In this document: positions 18,628 to 26,147 of the stretch, one piece after another
How the letters are laid out: the number at the start of each line of letters is the position of its first letter
Position numbering within the stretch: position 1 is the stretch's first letter
NCBI GenBank assembly: GCA_016932045.1
Contig: JAFGDO010000023.1
Span: forward strand, 1-32,000
DNA length: 32,000 nucleotides
Reading direction: 5' to 3'
Source: Candidatus Dojkabacteria bacterium
Lineage (GTDB): Bacteria; Patescibacteriota; Dojkabacteria; JAHIVN01
Notes under the pieces: model-generated
Databases searched by the model: none
What the model saw: the letters and a program-made list of their open reading frames with translations, nothing else
What the model was told of the DNA's origin: nothing
Position numbers and translations under genes: made by a program

Positions 18628-21097
18628 TTTTTTTCTTTTCTCTATCTAATATTTGAATAAAATCGTCTAGACCGCTAATATTAAAAGTTTTAATTCCTGC
18701 AACATCTTTTAAATATCCAGCCATGAAAACGTATATCGGTGAATTAAGTGAGGGAAGAAAGGTTTTTCTTGCCCAAACACGAATTAGAGGGCTTTTGTGT
18801 TCAACGTCTTCCTCTCTATCGAACGGGTCTCTACTCCGTTCTTTGCTTATAATCTTTTTCTCTATCAATTTAGCATTAAACCTTCTTGACCAATTAAACC
18901 TTAACATGTCTCGTTCATATATACGTATTGATGTTTTTCTCAATTTGTATAAGGTTATTAAAAATTGAGTTACCTTATTTTTATCCTCAACTAAATCTAA
19001 ATACTTGTCCCAACACCCCTTGCATGATTTCCATATTGAACTATCATCATAGAGTTCTCCATATAATATCGCATATCCACTTAATTCGAATAAATCCATG
19101 AAAGGTTCTGATGCCAGTAAAACTTTATCCAAGGCTCTGATATTTGAAGGTTTTAAATCATCGAGTAGTCCATAATACAACTTGAAAGCAGAAGAAAGTA
19201 AGGGGATAAATAATTTATTGAATTTTTCTGTATGATTACTCCTAATAGCTTCGTAGACTTCAAAACATATAAGATTAAAGCTCTGCCCATAAAAATCGGG
19301 AAATTCTTCATCAGTATTAGGTTGTAAAAATAATATACACTTGGCTAAATTTTCAATAACCCCATCATTGAAGGAACCGATCCCTTTAAGAATTTTCGAC
19401 ATGTCTTTTTCTTTATAATCAATTTCATCAACTTTGGGAAACTCACTAATATACTTTTTAATAGAGTGATTAAAGTTGTTTACAAGCTTAGAAGATAGTT
19501 CTTGGGCTCTTAATAAGAAAAGAGTTGCCGTTAGATATTTCTTCTTCCTTATTAGTTCGTTGACGTCATAGATAAAGGTATCGCTAAAAAACCTTAAAAT
19601 CGTTTCAAGATTTTTTACTGTTAATGATATAAACTTTTGTGAGAGGAGCTGAATAATGTACCAGTCTGTAGTAATTTTTTTTCCTTCGATTTCGATTTCA
19701 AAATTACATTTCTTCTGAACTTCGATAAGCATATCCAAGAATGCTGGATGGAATTTACTCTCATATACAGCACATTCATCTCTCCAATTCACTTTACTAA
19801 TTTGTTGTCGTAGGTTTTTATAGTTGAAGACATCAAATGATTTTATAAAGCCGATAAACAAATCTGCTATCCCGAAAGCAATCAAATCATTTAAAGCTAA
19901 CACATTGTTTATATATTCCTTATCATCTTCTTGAGACTTTAAAGTTAATGCTAGGACAGGTCTGTACATTCGTTTTATTATCGAAATTCCTTGTTCTATT
20001 TCCCAGTTCAAACCAATATCCTCAAGAAGATAGGAAGTTAGTTGAACAATTGTTAAAGCATTCTCAAAGTCATTTGAATCAAGAGATTTTACTAGTACCT
20101 TTTCAATAATGTCGATTAACTCATCTTCTAGCCAAAACCTGTTGGGAATTTCATCAGGCATGAGAGCAGTTTTCGTGTTAAGAGCGATCTCTTCTCTGGA
20201 AATATCACCCAAAAACCATTTCCTATGTTTTCGCTTTCTAATAAACCAAAAACTATTAGGTGGTATCTTATATTTATAATTCTTTATATAGCTTTTGTAG
20301 ATTGCTAATATTTGAATTGTTAAGTCTGATAGTGTCTTATCCTTAAAGTGTCTCTCCGACATACAAATTTGAGTTAGACACTTCATTTTGTCAATCTTGT
20401 CATCGACTATTTTTCTATAATGATTTTGAAAGTTTTTGTCTTGCCACTTAAAACCCTTAACCTTAACACGGTTGAGAGTCTTATCAATTTCGAATCTTAT
20501 TGTCTCTCCTAAAATACTCGGGTTAAGTAAGTTAATAGTTCGCCATCCCAGGCTGATGAAAACAAATATAGCAATGAAAGCAAAGACTAAATTTAGTACC
20601 GAATTAAGCATCCCTGGATTTCCACCAAATGAAAGTGTACCTAACATCAAGAGTGTATGAGCTAACAATATACATAGGAAAGTTATATACAGGTTTCCAA
20701 CTTTGTCTCTAAAAAGACTGCTTATTTGTGGAGGGACTTTTACACTTGCAAAAATACTGATGCTGGTAAAATACAAACCGATATAAACACCAGTTACAGA
20801 TACAATAGCTGTTAGCAGGTCTCTGTAAGGTGAATCGGGACTAATTAGATAGGGATTGGCATTTATGTTTGCAATAGACTCAATATACCCTAAACCGAAA
20901 AAAAAGAATAAAGAAATTAAAATTGATTTAAGAGAGACTTTAATAAACTCAAAGAATACCTTCAAAATGAACTTAAAGTCATTCACATTTTCTTTCTTCT
21001 TAAAGAAAACTTTATTTATCTCAAACAATATTCGTTCACGAATACTTCTAATTACCCAATAAATCTTTTTGTTTGTATATTTGAATAAGAAAAACAT
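18620..21097 (-). CDS. Membrane protein (825 aa) with four N-terminal TM helices and a large soluble domain; first gene of the cargo operon
   Basis: Hydrophobic helices are SILISLFFFFGLGYI, LLTAIVSVTGVYIGLYFTSISIFASV, LYITFLCILLAHTLLMLGTLSF and VLNLVFAFIAIFVFISLGW. About 630 aa follow without a recognisable motif. Confidence 0.7.
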   Translation of the reverse strand: MFFLFKYTNKKIYWVIRSIRERILFEINKVFFKKKENVNDFKFILKVFFEFIKVSLKSILISLFFFFGLGYIESIANINANPYLISPDSPYRDLLTAIVSVTGVYIGLYFTSISIFASVKVPPQISSLFRDKVGNLYITFLCILLAHTLLMLGTLSFGGNPGMLNSVLNLVFAFIAIFVFISLGWRTINLLNPSILGETIRFEIDKTLNRVKVKGFKWQDKNFQNHYRKIVDDKIDKMKCLTQICMSERHFKDKTLSDLTIQILAIYKSYIKNYKYKIPPNSFWFIRKRKHRKWFLGDISREEIALNTKTALMPDEIPNRFWLEDELIDIIEKVLVKSLDSNDFENALTIVQLTSYLLEDIGLNWEIEQGISIIKRMYRPVLALTLKSQEDDKEYINNVLALNDLIAFGIADLFIGFIKSFDVFNYKNLRQQISKVNWRDECAVYESKFHPAFLDMLIEVQKKCNFEIEIEGKKITTDWYIIQLLSQKFISLTVKNLETILRFFSDTFIYDVNELIRKKKYLTATLFLLRAQELSSKLVNNFNHSIKKYISEFPKVDEIDYKEKDMSKILKGIGSFNDGVIENLAKCILFLQPNTDEEFPDFYGQSFNLICFEVYEAIRSNHTEKFNKLFIPLLSSAFKLYYGLLDDLKPSNIRALDKVLLASEPFMDLFELSGYAILYGELYDDSSIWKSCKGCWDKYLDLVEDKNKVTQFLITLYKLRKTSIRIYERDMLRFNWSRRFNAKLIEKKIISKERSRDPFDREEDVEHKSPLIRVWARKTFLPSLNSPIYVFMAGYLKDVAGIKTFNISGLDDFIQILDREKKKNA

Positions 21098-21262
21098 TTT
21101 TAGTGATTTTCATAACGTTTTCTAAAATAGATGCTGATACGTTAAATCGATACATATAGATTATATTATTTAGAAAAAGTTAAGTACAATGAGGAATCTA
21201 GAACCGATATTTTTTTTACTTAATTTGCTAATCTCTATGAATAGAGAAGCTGAATAACAATT

Positions 21263-21424
21263 ATGAATAAATTACCCACTTCATCAAATGATCAGCATTG
21301 CATAAGCGTAAAAGAAGCAAGAGAAATTCTTGGAGAGAAAATGAAACACCTAACTGATGAACAGATTCTGCAACTCATTACAGAATTGGAACAACTTTCG
21401 GATATTTTTATAAAAAGTGAATGA
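21263..21424 (+). CDS. Small ORF (53 aa), paralogue of the ORF at 26583-26792; not in the supplied ORF track
   Basis: My translation is MNKLPTSSNDQHCISVKEAREILGEKMKHLTDEQILQLITELEQLSDIFIKSE. It shares the pattern VKEAR-IL...(S/T)DE-(I/V)-Q-I...IFI with MDVKEARHILNLGEEYSDEFVQQIIDQTAKIAQIFIEQF. Confidence 0.4.
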   Translation: MNKLPTSSNDQHCISVKEAREILGEKMKHLTDEQILQLITELEQLSDIFIKSE

Positions 21425-21851
21425 AGAGAGTAAGTGGCTATCATCATTTATTAAAGCATTTACGAGTTGATAATAAATAGCTTATAGTCTATTTCTAATA
21501 GACCATAAAGAAAATGTTGTGTTAAAATTGATTACATAGACTTAAAATTAAGAATAATCCTTGTATAGAGGTTCTTTAGTAACCTACAATAACTATGTAT
21601 TTAAGTGACGTAAAGTGGTATGTTTGTGTCCCTTTTTTAAAACGTTTTAAAGTTATGATATTCACCCACAATAAGCTCATAGTGCTTTCGTATAGAGTCA
21701 AAAAGTTTTCTGTCAGTTAAGTTGTATAAGTCAAATATAATCTTAAACGATTTTATTGCCGTAGATAAAGCTAAATCTCCAATTTTATCTATGGATTAAA
21801 AGGCGTGTAATAGGCTAGTTTGAGGCCTTTTTCTAACAAAATTTTACGTTT

Positions 21852-21895
21852 TTGAAAAAATAAGTTTTTTAAGGTAATATTTCAATATATTGAAA
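21852..21895 (+). promoter_or_regulatory. Promoter plus 16-bp perfect palindrome (candidate operator) directly upstream of the HTH-methyltransferase gene
   Basis: TTGAAA (21852-21857), a 17-nt spacer, then TAATAT (21875-21880). The palindrome TTTCAATA|TATTGAAA (21880-21895) overlaps the -10 and start region, 8 nt before the ATG at 21904. Confidence 0.5.
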
Positions 21896-21903
21896 GTTTT
21901 AAA

Positions 21904-23106
21904 ATGCAAAATGTAGGAAAAAATATAAAAAAATATAGAGAGGTAGCTGGCTTAACTCAAAAAGAACTTGCTAACAAATCGGGTGTTACCTACTCAACTA
22001 TTACTAAAATTGAAGCTGGAATAATCAAAAATCCGACAATTTCTCAAGTTTCAAAAATATCTTCTTATTTAGATATTCGAATGGATGATCTTGTGTTTAA
22101 TGAAAATACAGTAACCGAAGATATTACAAAAGGTAAATTTATAGATTTATTTGCAGGTATTGGAGGATTTAGACTAGCACTCGAAAGTTTCGGTTTAGAA
22201 TGTATTTTTTCTTCTGAGTGGGATAAGCAAGCTCAAAAAACATATGAAGCTAATTTCGATGAAAAACCTTTCGGAGACATTACAAAAATAAATGAAAAGA
22301 AAATACCAAAACATAATATTTTATGTGCTGGATTTCCATGTCAGGCTTTCAGCATATCAGGCAAACAATTAGGCTTTCAAGACACAAGGGGGACTTTATT
22401 TTTTGACATTGCTAGAATAGCTAAATTTCATAAACCAGAAATTCTCTTTTTAGAAAATGTAAAGAATCTTGTTCGACATAACAATGGAAAAACTCTCGAA
22501 ACGATAAGAAATGTTTTAAAACAAATTGGATATGATGTTTTCTATAAAGTTTTAAATGCGAGCGATTATGGCATACCAACCTCTAGGGAGAGAATTTATT
22601 TTATTTGTTTTAGGAAAGACCTTAAAGTAACTGAATTTAGATTCCCAGAGTCCAATGGGAAATACGTAAAACTTGAAGATTATCTTGAAGAAGATAAAGC
22701 CGAAATCGAAAAAAGCATTATAAGAAGGGATGATATACATATAAGGAATAAAATAATCGAACCTGATTTATTGGGCAACTATCCTCAAAAGCCAATTAGA
22801 GTGGGAACTATTAACAAGGGAGGTCAAGGAGAAAGAATTTATAGTCCTTTAGGTCATGCTATAACACTTTCAGCTTATGGAGGTGGCGCAGGGAGCAAAA
22901 CAGGGGCATATTTAATTGACGGGAAGGTTAGGAAACTTACTCCAAGAGAATGCGCTAATGTGATGGGATTCCCCAAAGATTTTGTGATTCCAGTCAACAA
23001 AACTCAAGCCTACAAGCAATTCGGGAATAGTGTAGCCGTTCCAATCCTTAAAGAAATATTTAAAAATATTATAAAAGCATATAATGAAAAAACAAGAAGC
23101 TATTAA
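21904..23106 (+). CDS. DNA (cytosine-5) methyltransferase with an N-terminal XRE-type HTH domain
   Basis: HTH: IKKYREVAGLTQKELANKSGVTYSTITKIEAG. MTase motifs: FIDLFAGIGGF (I), GFPCQAFS (IV, catalytic Cys), LENVKNL (VI) and QFGNSVAVP (X). Confidence 0.9.
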   Translation: MQNVGKNIKKYREVAGLTQKELANKSGVTYSTITKIEAGIIKNPTISQVSKISSYLDIRMDDLVFNENTVTEDITKGKFIDLFAGIGGFRLALESFGLECIFSSEWDKQAQKTYEANFDEKPFGDITKINEKKIPKHNILCAGFPCQAFSISGKQLGFQDTRGTLFFDIARIAKFHKPEILFLENVKNLVRHNNGKTLETIRNVLKQIGYDVFYKVLNASDYGIPTSRERIYFICFRKDLKVTEFRFPESNGKYVKLEDYLEEDKAEIEKSIIRRDDIHIRNKIIEPDLLGNYPQKPIRVGTINKGGQGERIYSPLGHAITLSAYGGGAGSKTGAYLIDGKVRKLTPRECANVMGFPKDFVIPVNKTQAYKQFGNSVAVPILKEIFKNIIKAYNEKTRSY

Positions 23107-23845
23107 ACTTGGTTCTCAGACAGCAAAAAAGGGGTTTAAAAACGAAAGAGATATTGCGAAAAAGTTTAACAATTGGGAAAACGATGAAGATGCTAAAAAA
23201 TGGTTAAGTATTATGAAATATGATCTAAATAAGATAGAAAAAGTGGTGGCAATTGTTTTGTCAAATCAATATAAATCTGATATTCAAGTAAAGGTTTCTG
23301 TCTATCTGAAAGAAGCTATTTCTGCCGAAAACATTAGCATTAAGCTAGTAAGCAATCCAAAAGGATATAATCAAGTGGATAAAAGATGGGTTGATAAATA
23401 TGCTGGAATGTGGAACATGCCTAAACAGATTAGAAAGTTGCTTAAACACTTTACAGGAGAGGTAACACCATACAAAACAAAGATAAGAGATAAAAGACGA
23501 ATGTTTTTAGATGAATTTACTGATGAAGAACAGCAAAAAATTCGAAGATTCTTTATGAAAAAGAAATTATTGATTGTTGGAGATATATTAAAAGGACGTG
23601 GCAGATTATCGGCGGAATGGATGATGGTCGCACTTAGAATAAATCGAAAAGTGACATGGACTCTAAAACCTATAAATTTAGTTCTAAACATTTTCGGTAA
23701 CGGTAAAGTCGAGATAACAAAGAAAGGAAGTTTAAAAATAGGCAAGATCACTATGCAGAGAAAAGGCGGAGATGGAGGGAGAAAAACTGCTCAAATGTTG
23801 CAATTTAAGATAAATCCAGTTGAACTATTCGATTCTAATGGATAA
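23084..23845 (+). CDS. Putative type II restriction endonuclease partner of the C5 methyltransferase
   Basis: The start overlaps the methyltransferase gene by 23 nt, and the stop overlaps the vsr start by 8 nt. From memory, the C-terminal RKGGDGGRKTAQMLQFKI resembles C-termini of MspI/HpaII-type enzymes. That resemblance is unverified. Confidence 0.6.
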   Translation: MKKQEAIKLGSQTAKKGFKNERDIAKKFNNWENDEDAKKWLSIMKYDLNKIEKVVAIVLSNQYKSDIQVKVSVYLKEAISAENISIKLVSNPKGYNQVDKRWVDKYAGMWNMPKQIRKLLKHFTGEVTPYKTKIRDKRRMFLDEFTDEEQQKIRRFFMKKKLLIVGDILKGRGRLSAEWMMVALRINRKVTWTLKPINLVLNIFGNGKVEITKKGSLKIGKITMQRKGGDGGRKTAQMLQFKINPVELFDSNG

Positions 23846-24242
23846 AGTTAGCAGAAAAAAAAGAAGTCAAATTATGAGTAAAGTTAGAAGCAAGGATACT
23901 AAGATAGAGATAGAATTTAGAACTGAGTTGTGGAAAAAAGGATATAGGTATAAGAAAAATGTTTCTAAGTTAAAAGGCAAACCCGATTTATACTTCCCGA
24001 AATATAGAACAGTTGTTTTTATAGACTCTTGCTTTTGGCATGGATGTAAAAAGCATCTTAGAATGCCTTCTTCAAATAGAGGCTATTGGGAATCCAAAAT
24101 AAGGAAGAATATAAATAGAGACAAGGAAATTAACAAATATTTTAAGCAGAATGGATATAAAATAATTAGAGTATGGGAGCACGATATTCAGACGAATCTA
24201 GACAAAAGCATTAAACGAATTATTAGAGAATTGAAGAAATAA
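23838..24242 (+). CDS. vsr: Very short patch repair endonuclease (Vsr)
   Basis: SRKKRSQIMSKVRSKDTKIEIEFR...GKPDLYFPKYRTVVFIDSCFWHGC...W..KI..N..RD matches the Vsr family pattern. Start is the ATG at 23838. Confidence 0.85.
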   Translation: MDKVSRKKRSQIMSKVRSKDTKIEIEFRTELWKKGYRYKKNVSKLKGKPDLYFPKYRTVVFIDSCFWHGCKKHLRMPSSNRGYWESKIRKNINRDKEINKYFKQNGYKIIRVWEHDIQTNLDKSIKRIIRELKK

Positions 24243-24243
24243 A

Positions 24244-24978
24244 TTACTTTATCAAAGATTTTATTTTCTTTTTTGCTCTATGATATGCGGCTTTAACAGA
24301 ATCCTCGTTAATACTAATATCATTAAGAGTTTTTCCATATTTTTTAGTAATCTTATCGGCGATTTCAGTAAATTTTAACTTCTTTTCATCTCTTAAATGA
24401 ACTATTTCTCTGTCTCTCTCTGTAATAAGCCACTGCGGCAAAACAGGAAGATTTTTTAAGCTTTTTGAAATTGACTCCCAGTTGTTGTCTAAATACTTCT
24501 TAAACTGTGATTTTGTAACTTGATAAAGCACAGAGAAAAACATCATATTACTATTTTTTGAAGTAGGAACATGGTAGATCGCTCCCTTTTGCAAATATAG
24601 AAAATTCCCTATTACTATACAAAAAAGATTATGGTCTAAGTTGATTGGCTCTAGAAGAGTGATATTATTTTCTCTAAGTTTCCTTTTAACAGAGGATATA
24701 ATCTGATTTTCTAGCTCATAAGAATATCTTGAGTGGAGACACTGGAATTGAGGATCGTTACCAAAATCTTTTACAGTGAAGCCTTGCAAAGGTACATCAA
24801 ACTTCCTCCTTACTTCCTTGATGATAGTAGCAAATTTATCGTGGTTTTCTAGTGCTTTAATATAATTTGTAATCTTTTTATTGAAAACAAATGGATTATA
24901 CTCTCTCACTTTCTTTGACGTAAAAACTTTTACTAGTTCTCCCGTCTTTGCATTTCTTATAAGAAAACCTATTTTCAT
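24244..24978 (-). CDS. Hypothetical protein with a C-terminal LuxR/sigma-70 region-4-like HTH
   Basis: The C-terminus ITERDREIVHLRDEKKLKFTEIADKITKKYG...SVKAAYHRAKKKI follows the LuxR-type HTH pattern. The gene is divergent from the SpoVG-like gene. Confidence 0.55.
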   Translation of the reverse strand: MKIGFLIRNAKTGELVKVFTSKKVREYNPFVFNKKITNYIKALENHDKFATIIKEVRRKFDVPLQGFTVKDFGNDPQFQCLHSRYSYELENQIISSVKRKLRENNITLLEPINLDHNLFCIVIGNFLYLQKGAIYHVPTSKNSNMMFFSVLYQVTKSQFKKYLDNNWESISKSLKNLPVLPQWLITERDREIVHLRDEKKLKFTEIADKITKKYGKTLNDISINEDSVKAAYHRAKKKIKSLIK

Positions 24979-25041
24979 TACATCTTCTATTTAATATTAA
25001 AACTTAATTCAATTATATACTATAGGAGCTAAATATTTAAG

Positions 25042-25071
25042 GTAACAACTTCTTATAGTAACAGGTGTTAC
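25042..25071. promoter_or_regulatory. GTAACA half-site plus inverted repeat GTAACA-GG-TGTTAC in the divergent intergenic region
   Basis: GTAACA at 25042-25047 and a perfect inverted repeat at 25058-25071, lying between the divergent genes 24244-24978 (-) and 25144-25437 (+). Confidence 0.3.
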
Positions 25072-25143
25072 TCTATTCTTCTGGCACAGACTAAAATTTC
25101 TTCTTCAAGTAAACTCGAGTATCGAAACTGTTTTAGAAAAGTT

Positions 25144-25437
25144 ATGAATGAATTGAAACAAATATCAGAAATACAAATTATCCCAATAAAACCCCAAAAT
25201 GGTCTTGTGGCTTTTGCAAGCTTTGTTCTTGATTCGAAACTTTATCTCGGTTCAATAGCAATTATTACAAGACCCAAAGGAGGATATAGACTTGTTTACC
25301 CGACAAAAAAAGTGGGAGAAAAAGATATAAATATCTTCCACCCGATTGATAAAGAATTTGCCAAAACTATTGAATCCCTCATATCAAATAGACTTAATGA
25401 AGTAATGAATAATTATGAAAGACACAAAAGAAACTAG
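25144..25437 (+). CDS. SpoVG-like small nucleic-acid-binding protein
   Basis: ISEIQIIPIKPQNGLVAFASFVLDSKLYLGSIAIITRPKGGYRLVYPTKK...INIFHPIDKEF follows the SpoVG pattern: a conserved A-x-A-S strand, then a P-(T/S)-K-(K/R) motif and an H-P-I motif. Confidence 0.5.
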   Translation: MNELKQISEIQIIPIKPQNGLVAFASFVLDSKLYLGSIAIITRPKGGYRLVYPTKKVGEKDINIFHPIDKEFAKTIESLISNRLNEVMNNYERHKRN

Positions 25438-26116
25438 GTCACAAAATGTATTCTTCAAGGTATTTATAAACCCTATTCGTTATGATGGGTTATTAAAAGT
25501 CTTACCGCCAGAATTACTTTCTACAATAATAGCATTAGCAACCTTCATCGATGATATGAACACTTGTTATCCAACAATTAGAACTCTAAGCAGTATTTGC
25601 GGAGTAAATTCTTCAACAACACAAAGACGAATTAACCGCTTAAAGGATATTAGATTTAAAGGGCGACCTGTTATCGAAATCAGAAAGCAGAAAGTGCAAA
25701 ATTCTGGTTTTAGCAGAAATAAATATGAATTAAATAAAGTTATGGGAATAGCGATCTTTGACAATAATCATAGTACGCATAGACGCAAACAATGTACACC
25801 TAAACAACTTCTAGACAATACTAACCAGACCCACTATTTAAAACAAGACTATAGTAATGAAACAATAGATGAGATTAAAAAAGTAGCGGATCTGCTTGTA
25901 AGATTCGATAAAAGGATAAATGGAGACATTGGATTTAGTAGGAGGGCAGTATTATCACATATAAAACATTTTGGCGAAGAAAAATGGCGTGAACTTTATA
26001 AAGAAATGAATCGCAATGCTTCTGGAATTTACTTCTATAAAAAAATAACCTTCAAAGTTATTCGTGAAAAAAAGACATACGAGCAAGCTAAACAAGAATG
26101 GGATAGTGAGCACTAA
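25415..26116 (+). CDS. Winged-HTH protein of the phage/plasmid Rep-associated type (HTH_36-like)
   Basis: CYPTIRTLSSICGVNSSTTQRRINRLKDIRFKGRPVIEI matches the common 'cfPS-etLA...G-s--TV-r-i--L' wHTH pattern of mobile-element replication and regulatory proteins. It overlaps the upstream gene by 23 nt. Confidence 0.5.
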   Translation: MKDTKETRSQNVFFKVFINPIRYDGLLKVLPPELLSTIIALATFIDDMNTCYPTIRTLSSICGVNSSTTQRRINRLKDIRFKGRPVIEIRKQKVQNSGFSRNKYELNKVMGIAIFDNNHSTHRRKQCTPKQLLDNTNQTHYLKQDYSNETIDEIKKVADLLVRFDKRINGDIGFSRRAVLSHIKHFGEEKWRELYKEMNRNASGIYFYKKITFKVIREKKTYEQAKQEWDSEH

Positions 26117-26147
26117 TTTAATATTTTATTTTTTATTTATTATTAAA

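Noticed and set aside
445-20660. Short antisense or alternate-frame ORFs in the track (445-759, 2058-2270, 2372-2596, 4666-4932, 5056-5283, 5940-6182, 6868-7107, 8218-8424, 9706-9975, 10899-11105, 12737-13338, 13708-13905, 14083-14368, 16257-16545, 16901-17131, 18723-18968, 20436-20660; the same applies to 20856-21062, 22552-22740, 23371-23751, 25567-25764, 26417-26608, 26656-26856, 27519-27740 and 28843-29049 beyond this range)
   Set aside because: All are embedded within, or antisense to, longer ORFs that have family signatures or better coding-like composition. Their products are low-complexity and show no motifs.
21640-21795. 52-codon open frame on the minus strand (IDKIGDLALSTAIKSFKIIFDLYNLTDRKLFDSIRKHYELIVGEYHNFKTF)
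   Set aside because: An in-frame TAA lies immediately upstream, and the only canonical in-frame start is a GTG 10 codons before the stop. At best it is a gene remnant, so it is not called as a CDS.
26064-26147. N-terminal extensions proposed by the ORF track for the resolvase-like gene (start 26064), the integrase (26796), the racemase (242), trpS (948), the VanW-like gene (10433) and vsr (23820)
   Set aside because: The extensions overlap upstream genes or a terminator hairpin, begin at non-ATG codons, or encode hydrophobic junk. Internal ATGs give products that begin where family homology begins.
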